Below, in pieces: positions 13,211-22,222 of a stretch of DNA of 49,482 bases; position 1 is the stretch's first letter; each line of letters starts with the position of its first letter. Source of the DNA: an uncultured Gammaproteobacteria bacterium (lineage in GTDB: Bacteria; Pseudomonadota; Gammaproteobacteria; GCA-001735895). The notes beneath the pieces are model-generated. The model did no database searches, was not told where the DNA came from, and saw nothing but the letters and a program-made list of their open reading frames with translations. The translations under genes and the position numbers were made by a program. The DNA lies in the NCBI GenBank assembly GCA_937936805.1, contig CALDDP010000014.1, forward strand, positions 1 to 49,482, read 5' to 3'.

Positions 13211-13238
13211 TTGCCTATTCCGTCCGTCTATATATAAT
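13211..13238 (+). promoter_or_regulatory. candidate sigma70 promoter for queF-cysZ (-35 TTGCCT, 16-nt spacer, -10 TATAAT)
   Basis: Hexamers at 13211-13216 and 13233-13238, about 55 nt upstream of the queF ATG. Confidence 0.4.
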
Positions 13239-13294
13239 TACGCGCCGCCGGGTCTATTGCCATGACCTGGCCTGTCTGACCAGAGAGATACAAT

Positions 13295-13684
13295 ATGAGT
13301 ACCGAAGCTTCCACGACGCTGGGCACCTTTCCGAATCCGAACCCGGAACGTGACTATACGATTCACATCGACACGCCGGAATTCACCTGCTTATGCCCTC
13401 TTACCGGGCAACCTGACTTCGCCAGTATCGATATCGAGTATGTTCCGAACGAACTGTGCCTGGAACTAAAGGCACTCAAGCTCTACTTCTGGTCCTATCG
13501 CGATCGCGGCGCCTTTCATGAGGCGGTTACCAATCAGATCCTGTCGGACCTGGCGGCTGCAATCGAGCCACGCTTTATGCGTATCAACGCCGAGTTCAAC
13601 GTACGCGGCGGCGTTTATACCCGGGTCGTGGTCGAACATCGCGCGGCGGACTGGCAGGCACCTGAACTGGTCGAACTGGCCTGA
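13295..13684 (+). CDS. queF: NADPH-dependent 7-cyano-7-deazaguanine (preQ0) reductase QueF, short unimodular type
   Basis: Catalytic-Cys block [14 protein letters not shown] and QueF motif [13 protein letters not shown]. Length is 129 aa. Confidence 0.9.
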   Translation: MSTEASTTLGTFPNPNPERDYTIHIDTPEFTCLCPLTGQPDFASIDIEYVPNELCLELKALKLYFWSYRDRGAFHEAVTNQILSDLAAAIEPRFMRINAEFNVRGGVYTRVVVEHRAADWQAPELVELA

Positions 13685-13697
13685 GCACCACCAGCCA

Positions 13698-14441
13698 ATG
13701 ATTGCCGACATCACCACCGGTACCCAGGCCCTGGCGCGCGCGCTACGCCTGCTCAACCAGCCCGGGGTGAGGGTTTACGTTATCGTGCCGCTGAGCATAA
13801 ACCTGCTGCTATTCGGCGCGCTGGTGTTTTACGGTTACAGCCAGTTTCTTCCCTTCGTCGAGTGGCTGATGTCATTCGTGCCCGAATTCCTCTTCTTCCT
13901 CGAGTGGCTGATCTGGCTGTTCTTCGGCGTACTTGCGGCGATCACCGTATTTTTTGCTTTCACCCCGGTAGCAAATATCATCGCGGCACCATTCAATGCG
14001 CTGATGGCCGAGAAAATCGAGGCGCACCTGACCGGAATTCCGGTTACATCGGATATCAGTTTTGCGCGTATGGCGCTGGATGCCATTGGCTCGCAGTTAC
14101 GCAAGCTGGTTTACATCCTGTTATGGGCATTGGGGCTATTCCTGGTCAGCCTGATTCCGGTAGTCAACCTGGTTGCGCCGGTGCTCTGGGTAGTGTTTGG
14201 TTCGTGGCTGTTATCGCTGGAATATTTCGACTACCCGATGGGCAACCACGACATCGTGTTTGACGAGCAAAAGCGGTTCTTGCGCGAGCGGCGCGGAATC
14301 GCGCTCGGATTCGGCGGCGCGGTAATGGTCATGACCAGCATTCCCGTCATCAACTTCATCGCCATGCCAGTCGCGGTAGCCGGCGCAACCCTGCTCTGGG
14401 TCGAACAGTTCCAGTCCAGTCCCTCCTCCACTAAAATCTAA
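13698..14441 (+). CDS. cysZ: sulfate transporter CysZ
   Basis: MIADITTGTQALARALRLLNQPGVRVYVIVPLSINLLLF and the multi-TM pattern are typical of CysZ. The start is trimmed to ATG 13698, because the ORF-track start at 13518 overlaps queF out of frame. Confidence 0.85.
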   Translation: MIADITTGTQALARALRLLNQPGVRVYVIVPLSINLLLFGALVFYGYSQFLPFVEWLMSFVPEFLFFLEWLIWLFFGVLAAITVFFAFTPVANIIAAPFNALMAEKIEAHLTGIPVTSDISFARMALDAIGSQLRKLVYILLWALGLFLVSLIPVVNLVAPVLWVVFGSWLLSLEYFDYPMGNHDIVFDEQKRFLRERRGIALGFGGAVMVMTSIPVINFIAMPVAVAGATLLWVEQFQSSPSSTKI

Positions 14442-14566
14442 GATCTTCCCACCCCGGAAGCAATGCCTTCGAGCGGCACGGCCATCGGATAGGCTTAGTT
14501 TTGGATAGCATCCCACGGGGACACCGGTGACAGTGAGTGGCTACCTCGGGAAGAACGGTTGCCGGG

Positions 14567-15400
14567 CTAGATGTGGAGGGTTGGAAGATCTAGCGGCTGG
14601 CCACTTTGGCGGGATTCTGCTTCGGGTAGAATATCGATGCTCGGCCAGCGACCGTCGAGCAGGGCCCGGCCATACTCGGGCATGCCTGCGGCTATCGTGG
14701 TTCTGCGGCTGGTTTCGTGATCGTAATCAAGGCGATGCCAGCTCACCTGCAATCCATCGGCAGCCGGATCGATCATCATGTACCAGCCGTGGCTGCCGCC
14801 ATCGTTGGCCGGCATACCAATAACGCCGGCATTTAACCAGAACAGGTTGTCGATACCCTGGCCGAATGGAATGCCGCAGTGCCCGCCGATAACGACATCG
14901 ACTCCCGCCACCCTGATCTGCTCCAGCTTGGCTGCGGCGTCACTCGACGCAAACACGAATTCATTGATGCTAGACAAGCTTCCGTGCACCACTTTGAAAC
15001 CCTTTCCACCGGCCTCAAACTCGATGCTGCGCGGTATATCCTGCATCCAGAGCCGTTGTTCGGCGGTTACTCGTCGATCTGCGTATTGATACCAGGTAAT
15101 CGCCAGGGTCGAACAACTGCTATCCGCGGCGAAACCACAGCCGCAGTCGGCTTCGCTGAACGCGAGCGCTTCCTCGCAGTTACCCATCACCACGTGGATA
15201 CCCCAGTCCCGAATCAATTCGATGGTCTGCGCGGGTTCGGCACAATAAGCAACAATATCCCCAGTGCAAATAATACGTTCGGCAGCAATATCGAGTTCCC
15301 GCGCACGCGCCTGCAACGCCATTGTTGCCGCAAGATTACTATAAGGCCCGCCGAAAACCAGCAGCTTTTCAGCGATATTGCCGAGATGTTTTACTTGCAT
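14567..15400 (-). CDS. metallophosphoesterase family protein
   Basis: Calcineurin-like phosphoesterase motifs: LLVFGGPYSN, CTGDIVAY, MGNCE, VVHGS, GGHCG. Confidence 0.8.
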   Translation of the reverse strand: MQVKHLGNIAEKLLVFGGPYSNLAATMALQARARELDIAAERIICTGDIVAYCAEPAQTIELIRDWGIHVVMGNCEEALAFSEADCGCGFAADSSCSTLAITWYQYADRRVTAEQRLWMQDIPRSIEFEAGGKGFKVVHGSLSSINEFVFASSDAAAKLEQIRVAGVDVVIGGHCGIPFGQGIDNLFWLNAGVIGMPANDGGSHGWYMMIDPAADGLQVSWHRLDYDHETSRRTTIAAGMPEYGRALLDGRWPSIDILPEAESRQSGQPLDLPTLHI

Positions 15401-15487
15401 ACTTACCTTCGCGACATGTGTATACCTGCCATTGCCGCGTTACCGGCAGCGCAAGGCTGTTAAAGATCATTAGGACCTTGACCCGGG

Positions 15488-16345
15488 TTGAAAAGTTCGC
15501 ATACTTACTCGCTTCCTCTCTGCAACCGGAGATCAGGTTTGCGCGTTCTACTGCTGGTTTTGCTGATGTGTTACCTGTCATCGGGACTATCCGAACCACG
15601 TCAGTCACTGGTGCCCGGCGGGATTGCGATCATCAGCCTCGAGGCGGGAGATGATTCCGCCTACAGCTTCCGCGGCAAACCGGTGCTGGTGACTCGAATC
15701 GGGGGCAAGCCAAGCGCACTGGTTGGTCTGCCGCTCAGTCTCCAACCGGGAGAGCACTATATAGAGAATCGCAGCACCGACCAGGTTCACAAGAAATTTT
15801 TCGAAGTCAAACCGAAGCAATACAGCACGCAAAATATCACCATAACCGATAAGCGCAAGGTCAACCCCTACGCCAGCGACATGGAACGAATCCTCGCGGA
15901 AAAGGCGCGTAAACAAAAGGCACGAGATCATTATTCTAAAGCTGATGTCGATATCAATTTCCTCACCCCGATTATCGGTACGAATACCGGTAGCTTCGGT
16001 CGACGCAGGGTATTTAATGGGCAAAAACGACGCCCGCATAGCGGCATGGACCTGGCCGCGGCGACAGGAACACCGATTCGTGCACCCAGCGCCGGCACGG
16101 TGATAGAACTGGGAGACTTCTTCTTCAGCGGTAACCTGGTTTACATCGACCATGGCCAGGGACTTATATCGATGTTCGCCCACCTGGACGAAATTGATGT
16201 CGTACTCGGTGAACGGGTTGAAAAAGGACAGGTCGTCGGCAAGGTCGGCGCTACCGGTCGCGTAACCGGTCCGCACCTGCACTGGAGCATTGGATTGAAC
16301 GGGACCTGGATCGACCCCGCCTTATTTATTGCTGCGCAGGACTAA
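15488..16345 (+). CDS. M23 family metallopeptidase (secreted)
   Basis: HSGMDLAA..GTPIRAPSAG, GNLVYIDHGQGLISMFAHL and GATGRVTGPHLHW are LytM/M23 motifs. Hydrophobic N-terminal signal. The start codon (TTG 15488 or a downstream ATG) is uncertain. Confidence 0.88.
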   Translation: MKSSHTYSLPLCNRRSGLRVLLLVLLMCYLSSGLSEPRQSLVPGGIAIISLEAGDDSAYSFRGKPVLVTRIGGKPSALVGLPLSLQPGEHYIENRSTDQVHKKFFEVKPKQYSTQNITITDKRKVNPYASDMERILAEKARKQKARDHYSKADVDINFLTPIIGTNTGSFGRRRVFNGQKRRPHSGMDLAAATGTPIRAPSAGTVIELGDFFFSGNLVYIDHGQGLISMFAHLDEIDVVLGERVEKGQVVGKVGATGRVTGPHLHWSIGLNGTWIDPALFIAAQD

Positions 16346-16917
16346 AAAGAAAACCGCACGCCGATGTGGATGTTATCATCATCGGCATCGTAATCACCTT
16401 CGTCGTCGGTATCTATCTCCAGGTGCCTGATACCTATGAAACCGGCGGTTTCCGGCACGATTTCGATTTGAAACCTGATCGTATAATCGATAATTCCCTC
16501 GGTGTCGGAAAAACTGGTGATGTCAGGTGCATAAAACCCTCGTGCTAATACTGCCATCGGCATGGTTCCGGGAATGGTATAGCGAACTTCACCACCAACG
16601 GCAAACCCGACTACATCCTGGTCAGGATCATCAAGATGGCCCAGATAGGCTTTAACGCCGACACCGAAAGTCAACGGGGTTTCCTCGGATGGCTGACGCA
16701 TTTGTATCAGGCTGCCCTGCGCGATAAAGTCGCTGTCGTCATTGTAGAACACGCCGAGTCCGAGATCTGCGCCACCCCAACCAATCAGGCTGGAATCCGA
16801 GCGGAAAGTAAACTGCGCGGTTTCCTTGCTTAGCGCGGCTTCGAAATCGTTGGCATTCGCTGAAGATATGGCCGCGAGGCCAAGCAGGAAAATGTAACTG
16901 AGACGAATAAGTTTCAT
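16342..16917 (-). CDS. predicted outer-membrane beta-barrel protein (YfaZ-like)
   Basis: Signal peptide MKLIRLSYIFLLGLAAISSANA, alternating amphipathic strands, C-terminal ...GVRFSF. Start trimmed to ATG 16917. The family assignment is tentative. Confidence 0.6.
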   Translation of the reverse strand: MKLIRLSYIFLLGLAAISSANANDFEAALSKETAQFTFRSDSSLIGWGGADLGLGVFYNDDSDFIAQGSLIQMRQPSEETPLTFGVGVKAYLGHLDDPDQDVVGFAVGGEVRYTIPGTMPMAVLARGFYAPDITSFSDTEGIIDYTIRFQIEIVPETAGFIGIRHLEIDTDDEGDYDADDDNIHIGVRFSF

Positions 16918-17028
16918 GGCTGACCCGATGCAAAAAACTGGCGCAATCATAACACATGAACTTGCCGTAATGCGCAAACATAAAGCCTTAAATTTAATCG
17001 TTCGCTGGATTCGACCAGCGGCGCGCGA

Positions 17029-17736
17029 TTAGCGCTGTGAGCTGTTAAATAACGGGGTGACCGGGATGATTTCTTGAGTGACCGGAGTATCAAGCCAGCG
17101 CACGATCGGTGCCCACTGTTGCAGATCGATTTTGTTACGTGAGTCCGATATTTCCGCAACTCCAATGCCAAGCTCTATGGCCCTGGCGTAAAGCTGGGTA
17201 TCACGAAGACTCGAAATAAACGGAATATTAAGACTGAACAGGAATCGTTCGAGGGAATAATACATCAGCGTATTCTTGCGCACCCGATTAGCCACCACAG
17301 CGACGCGAATCATTTTTCTACGCACCCCGCCGGACGTCAACAGGGCTTTTATGAAATGCGCGGCTGCGTGAATATCGATCGGTGACGGCAGCACTGGAAT
17401 CAACACCGAGTCGTTTTCTTGAAACAGGGCAACCAGTTCGCTGATATCGGTTCCAGCTGGCGAGTCGATAATCGCGACATCGGTTTCCGGGGGCACGCGC
17501 AATTGCCAGGAACGGGTCAATCTATGGTCGGAGTTTTTCGAGGCGTCGACACCGATGATTGGTTCCATATCCGCGGTCCGCCGATTAATCCAGGCTAGCG
17601 AGGAACCCTGGGAATCGTGATCGAACAGGCGCACCGTCTTTCCCCGACTTGCGTAATACGAGGCGATATTAGTCGTAATCGTAGTCTTACCACATCCGCC
17701 CTTGGCGTTGGTTACGAGGATTCTTTGTAAGCCCAT
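17029..17736 (-). CDS. ParA/MinD-family P-loop ATPase (orphan)
   Basis: Deviant Walker A NAKGGCGKTT, switch DHDSQGS, Walker B IIDSPAG. No ParB-like partner gene is adjacent. Confidence 0.85.
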   Translation of the reverse strand: MGLQRILVTNAKGGCGKTTITTNIASYYASRGKTVRLFDHDSQGSSLAWINRRTADMEPIIGVDASKNSDHRLTRSWQLRVPPETDVAIIDSPAGTDISELVALFQENDSVLIPVLPSPIDIHAAAHFIKALLTSGGVRRKMIRVAVVANRVRKNTLMYYSLERFLFSLNIPFISSLRDTQLYARAIELGIGVAEISDSRNKIDLQQWAPIVRWLDTPVTQEIIPVTPLFNSSQR

Positions 17737-17804
17737 GCTACAAAGTCTATGTCGAAAAAACTGGTTTTTCAGGAATTTAGCGACTAATGGCGGTGTTTTC
17801 TGGC

Positions 17805-19154
17805 TTAACGTTGTTTTTTATGCTTTTTGCCACTTTTTTTATCCGCAAACGGGTTGCTTCCCGATTTCAACTCGATACGCAGCGGAGTGCCCCTGAGTTT
17901 CAACCTGGTGATAAAAAAGTTGACCAGGTAGCGCCGGTAGGACTCTGGCAGGTGTTGTGTCTGCTTGCCATGGATAACGATAACGGGAGGATTGCGCCCT
18001 CCCTGGTGTGCATAGCGTAACTTGATACGTCGACCATGGTGCAAGGGCGGGTTGTGTTTGAATACGGCTTCTTCAAGCAGGTCGGTCAGGTAACGCGTAT
18101 TGAAATCCTTGAACGCCGAGGCATAAGCCTGGTCTACCGAAACCATCAATTCGCCTACCCCGGTGCCGTGTCGGGCGGAAATAAAATGCTGCGCGGCAAA
18201 TGGTACAAACGTCAACCTTCGTTTTAAGGTACTGCGATTCTGGTCGCGCTGTTCTATATCGAGGCCATCCCATTTGTTAATCGCGAGCACCAGTGCGCGA
18301 CCGCCGTTCAGCACGTATCCCAGCAGGGTCATATCCTGGTCCGTAAGGCCGTCACGCGCATCGATTACGAGAATCACGACATGCGCTTTTTCGATCGCCT
18401 CGAGGGCCTTGATAACGCTGAACTTTTCGATCGCCTGCTGCACCTTGCCGCGACGGCGGACCCCGGCAGTATCGATCAGCGTGTAGTGCTTTCCACGCCG
18501 CTCAAACGGCACCGCAATAGTATCGCGAGTAGTACCCGGTTGATCAAAGGCAACCACACGCTCCTCTCCGGCCAGCCGGTTTATCAGCGTCGACTTGCCG
18601 ACATTGGGTCGTCCGATAACCGCAATCTGGGGGCCGCTATCGGTCTCCTCCAGTGCCCGCTCTGCCGGGTAAGGTTCGATTATCTTGTCGAGCAAAACAC
18701 CGGTTCCCTTGCGGTGCGCTGCTGAAATCATTTCCACATGCTCGAATCCCAGGGCAAAAAAATCGACCTGTGCCTGCTCCGGATTGAGACCATCCACCTT
18801 GTTTACGACCAGGTAGCAGGATTTGCCGGATTTACGCACCAGGTCGGCAATAAGTCGATCCCCGCTGGTAAGGCCATCGTGGGCGTCTACCAGAAAAATA
18901 ATTTCATCCGCCTCGTCCATTGCCTGGCGGGTTTGTCGAGCCATCAAATCATCGAGGTCCTGCTTCTCACCGCTTAAGCCGCCCGTATCGACCACGATAA
19001 ACGTTTTATCGCCACGTTCACCCACTCCGTACTGACGGTCCCGGGTCAGGCCGGGTTCATTCGCGACTATCGCGTTACGGCTGCGGGTAAAGATATTAAA
19101 CAGGGTGGATTTGCCGACATTGGGGCGACCAATCAGGGCGATGACAGGGATCAT
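17805..19154 (-). CDS. der: ribosome biogenesis GTPase Der (EngA)
   Basis: Two tandem GTPase domains (GRPNVGKSTL twice, DTGG/DTAG, NKVD/NKWD) and a KH-like C-terminus. The start is trimmed to ATG 19154, which overlaps the bamB stop by 4 nt. Confidence 0.96.
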   Translation of the reverse strand: MIPVIALIGRPNVGKSTLFNIFTRSRNAIVANEPGLTRDRQYGVGERGDKTFIVVDTGGLSGEKQDLDDLMARQTRQAMDEADEIIFLVDAHDGLTSGDRLIADLVRKSGKSCYLVVNKVDGLNPEQAQVDFFALGFEHVEMISAAHRKGTGVLLDKIIEPYPAERALEETDSGPQIAVIGRPNVGKSTLINRLAGEERVVAFDQPGTTRDTIAVPFERRGKHYTLIDTAGVRRRGKVQQAIEKFSVIKALEAIEKAHVVILVIDARDGLTDQDMTLLGYVLNGGRALVLAINKWDGLDIEQRDQNRSTLKRRLTFVPFAAQHFISARHGTGVGELMVSVDQAYASAFKDFNTRYLTDLLEEAVFKHNPPLHHGRRIKLRYAHQGGRNPPVIVIHGKQTQHLPESYRRYLVNFFITRLKLRGTPLRIELKSGSNPFADKKSGKKHKKQR

Positions 19155-20302
19155 TGCCGTACTGAAACAGAGGCAAGCAGGCCAAGTCTGTCGAGCGTGA
19201 GCACCGTATCTTTCCACGTAATAGGCTGTACATAATTGCGTGTATATGAAGTCCGGATTCGGCTAAGCAGTGTCCCCTCGCCCTTGGAAAACCAGTGCAG
19301 GTAGCCATCCAGATCGGCAACTACCAGGTTGTCCCCGATAACAGCCGGGGCAGTGATTCTGCGCGCATGCAAAACCTCCTGTTTCCAGAAAGCGCTGCCG
19401 GTTCGACGATCGATAGCCCACAAATGACTGTCGGCGGCACTCAGATATAGCGCGTCGTCATCGATTGCGATTGGCTGGTAGCTGGAAAACTCGCGCGACC
19501 ACAGTAACTCCCCGTTAACCGCCTGTAACGCCGCTAACCGGCCCTGGAAAGAAGCAACGTAAATAACGCCGTCGCCGAGGACAAAGCGACCGTCTACATC
19601 AACCAGGCGCTCTATCTCGGTGCGTCCGCTGGGGGTAGCAATGGTCGACTCCCACCTGGTTTGCCCGCTGTCACGTTCGTAAGCGATCAACTTGCCGTCA
19701 TCGAAACCGGCAAATACCAGTGGCCCGGCAACCAGTGGCTGGCTATTCCCGGTCAGCGATAAGGCCGGTACGCGACGTGATACCACCCATTGCTCGGCGC
19801 CGTCCGCAATTGCCAGGCTGCGCAGCTTGCCGTCGACACTGCGCACGAAAATCTGGTCACCATCAACCACGGGGGGCGAGCGTATTTCACTTTGAATACG
19901 GGTTCCCCAGAGTTTAACCAGTTCTTCGTCCGACTCCCGGTAAGCGACGATATCTCCATCCTCTGAAGTCGCGATGAGAACCTGCTCGTTCCCGCTCAGC
20001 CCGGCAATGGGCGTCAGATCAGTATCAAATTTCCACAGCTTGCGGCCTTTTACCAGATCGACACAGGTTACCCTGCCGTTGGTATCGATACTGTAGGCAC
20101 GATCGCCGATCACCAGTGGCCGCAACCGGTAAGATGCGCTGTTCCGCGACGCCCGCGTATCAAGCGACCAGTTAAGCTGCAGCGGAACATCGTATTCGAT
20201 CGGGGTTAGTTCCGCGGGAGGCTCGGTATTATCCTCCGCGCCCCCGCACGAAACGAGTGAACCAAGCAAAAATAACGTGCTTAAGGTTCGAGCAGAATTC
20301 AA
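19151..20302 (-). CDS. bamB: outer membrane protein assembly factor BamB
   Basis: Lipoprotein signal LLGSLVSCGG and repeated PQQ-like beta-propeller blades. It occupies the conserved yfgM-bamB-der position. Confidence 0.9.
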   Translation of the reverse strand: MNSARTLSTLFLLGSLVSCGGAEDNTEPPAELTPIEYDVPLQLNWSLDTRASRNSASYRLRPLVIGDRAYSIDTNGRVTCVDLVKGRKLWKFDTDLTPIAGLSGNEQVLIATSEDGDIVAYRESDEELVKLWGTRIQSEIRSPPVVDGDQIFVRSVDGKLRSLAIADGAEQWVVSRRVPALSLTGNSQPLVAGPLVFAGFDDGKLIAYERDSGQTRWESTIATPSGRTEIERLVDVDGRFVLGDGVIYVASFQGRLAALQAVNGELLWSREFSSYQPIAIDDDALYLSAADSHLWAIDRRTGSAFWKQEVLHARRITAPAVIGDNLVVADLDGYLHWFSKGEGTLLSRIRTSYTRNYVQPITWKDTVLTLDRLGLLASVSVRQ

Positions 20303-20922
20303 CTGGTACTCCCCAGGTCATTCAGCTTGCGCTGCAGGAATTGGGCGTTGGCAGGCGCCGGCTCTGATGACTGGGCCTTGCGGTAGGCTTCAACTGCTTC
20401 ACCATCCTTACCCTGCAGGGCGAGAATATCACCCCGCAGTTCATTCGTAATTGCGGCAAACTCATCTGGAAACTGGATTGCCAAAGTGCTCATCGCCTGA
20501 TCATACTGCCCGGTCTGCAGCTGCACTGCAGCCAGTCGTGTGCGCGCAATGTAAGCTAGCGGTCGCTCCCCGGCACTACCCACTACCTGCTGCAAGGCGG
20601 ACGCGGCCTGTTCGAACTCGGCGTCAATGACATGTTGCCGGGCAAGCGCCATATGTGCCATCAGGGCGTAATCGGTCGATGCATGCTCTGCTATCAAGGT
20701 ATCAGCATGTGCCTGCAGTTCTTCGTCATTACCTGCGGAAAGCGCATCGATCATCTGGGTAAAATGACCGGAAGCCTCCGCCGCGGCGGTTTCCTGCACT
20801 TGCTCCCAGTATTTATAACCGGCGATACCACCAACACCTATGACAATCCCAAAAACGATCGATAACCCGTTCTCTTTCAGCCAGGCTTTTAGCTTCTCGA
20901 CCTGTTCTTCTTCGGTATCCAT
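20299..20922 (-). CDS. yfgM: YfgM family TPR-like membrane protein
   Basis: The N-terminus EEQVEKLKAWLKENGLSIVFGIVIGVGGIAGYKYW (single TM) followed by a TPR-like helical domain is typical of YfgM. It lies in the conserved position between hisS and bamB. Confidence 0.78.
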   Translation of the reverse strand: MDTEEEQVEKLKAWLKENGLSIVFGIVIGVGGIAGYKYWEQVQETAAAEASGHFTQMIDALSAGNDEELQAHADTLIAEHASTDYALMAHMALARQHVIDAEFEQAASALQQVVGSAGERPLAYIARTRLAAVQLQTGQYDQAMSTLAIQFPDEFAAITNELRGDILALQGKDGEAVEAYRKAQSSEPAPANAQFLQRKLNDLGSTS

Positions 20923-20937
20923 CTATAACCTCTTGTT

Positions 20938-22209
20938 TTAAACCAGTAACAGCGCCAGTTGCGTAACGATATCTGCCTGCATAATTTCAGACTGCGCCTT
21001 TTCTTCACGTAAAAATTTAACCGCTATGGTACCCGCCTCAATTTCAGTTTCACCGAGTATCAACGCGATCCTGGCTCCCGACCTGTCGGCCTTGCGCATT
21101 TGACTCTTGAAGCTGCCACCGCCCGCATGAACCACCAGCTGCAGGAGCGGCATATGGTCACGGATCATTTCAGCAAGCTGCTGGGCCCTGGCGATACTGT
21201 TTTCACCGCGCATGATCAGGTAAACATCGCAACCGGCTTCTGTGGCCACCTTGTCCTGATCAACAATCATCGACACGAGCCGTTCGCAACCCATCGAGAA
21301 ACCGGCGGCATAATTGGGTTTGCCACCAAGCTGTTCGACAAGACCATCGTAACGACCGCCTGCACACACCGTGCCTTGCGCGCCGAGGGTTTCGGTTACC
21401 CATTCAAATACTGTATGGCTATAGTAATCCAGTCCGCGTACCAGTCGACGGTTTACCTCGTATGAGACTCCGGTTTGATCGAGAATATCGATCAGTTCGG
21501 CAAAATGTTCCTGCGATTCCTGGTCAAGACTATCCTGCAGTCCTGGCCCGGCCTCGATCAATGCCTGCATATCAGGGTTTTTGCTATCCAGAATTCGTAA
21601 CGGATTGGTTTCAAGACGTCGCTGGCTGTCTGCGTCCAGTTGCTGGTAGTGATCGCGAAAATATTCGACCAGAATGCTGCGAAAATTCTGTCGGCAGTGG
21701 CTACTGCCCAGGCTGTTTAATTGCAGCTCTATATTTTCCAGACCCAGGCGCTTCCAGAAGCGTGCGGCAAGCAGGATTAACTCGGCCTCGATGTCGGCAC
21801 CCGCGACGCCGAAAGTTTCGGCGCCAAGCTGGTGGAATTGTCTATAACGTCCCTTTTGCGGACGCTCGTGGCGAAACATCGGCCCGCAATACCAGAGCCT
21901 GTGCTGCTGATCCTGCAGCATTCCCGCCTGCAGGCCTGCACGTACCACGCTGGCCGTGTTTTCCGGACGCAAACTGAGACTGTCGCCATTACGATCTTCG
22001 AAACTGTACATCTCCTTTTCGACAATATCGGTGACCGTGCCGATGGAACGCGCGAACAACGCGGTCTTCTCGACGATGGGCGTGCGGATCTGGCGGTAGC
22101 CATAAGATTCAGCGAGAGCGCGATACTCGTCCTCTAACTGGTTCCAGGCAGGCATATGGGATGGCAGAATATCGTGCATTCCGCGAATAACCTGAAATTG
22201 ATTTGCCAC
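20938..22209 (-). CDS. hisS: histidine--tRNA ligase
   Basis: Class II aaRS motifs (RGMHDILP, YRQIRTPI, FRHERPQKGRYRQFHQ, GGGRYDGL) and a C-terminal anticodon-binding domain. Confidence 0.96.
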   Translation of the reverse strand: MANQFQVIRGMHDILPSHMPAWNQLEDEYRALAESYGYRQIRTPIVEKTALFARSIGTVTDIVEKEMYSFEDRNGDSLSLRPENTASVVRAGLQAGMLQDQQHRLWYCGPMFRHERPQKGRYRQFHQLGAETFGVAGADIEAELILLAARFWKRLGLENIELQLNSLGSSHCRQNFRSILVEYFRDHYQQLDADSQRRLETNPLRILDSKNPDMQALIEAGPGLQDSLDQESQEHFAELIDILDQTGVSYEVNRRLVRGLDYYSHTVFEWVTETLGAQGTVCAGGRYDGLVEQLGGKPNYAAGFSMGCERLVSMIVDQDKVATEAGCDVYLIMRGENSIARAQQLAEMIRDHMPLLQLVVHAGGGSFKSQMRKADRSGARIALILGETEIEAGTIAVKFLREEKAQSEIMQADIVTQLALLLV

Positions 22210-22222
22210 CTGCTACCCCGCT

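Noticed and set aside
13239-13294. Possible preQ1 riboswitch in the queF leader
   Set aside because: A CCGGGTC/GACCTGG hairpin exists. However, the conserved preQ1-I loop and the A-rich 3' tail (…ACTAAAAAAC-like) are absent, so there is no match to the class I consensus as I remember it.
14440-14591. Partial inverted repeat AGATCTTCC(C/A)ACCC flanking the cysZ / metallophosphoesterase spacer
   Set aside because: Only about 9 contiguous matching bases, and the right arm lies inside coding sequence. It is probably fortuitous.
17805-19217. ORF-track N-terminal extensions of der, and likewise of rlmN, cysZ, relA, cyaY, msrB, rodZ, thrC, ispG and the YfaZ-like gene
   Set aside because: The extensions overlap upstream genes and lack homology. 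Canonical family N-termini begin at internal ATGs positioned at or just after the upstream stop codon, so I trimmed the coordinates.
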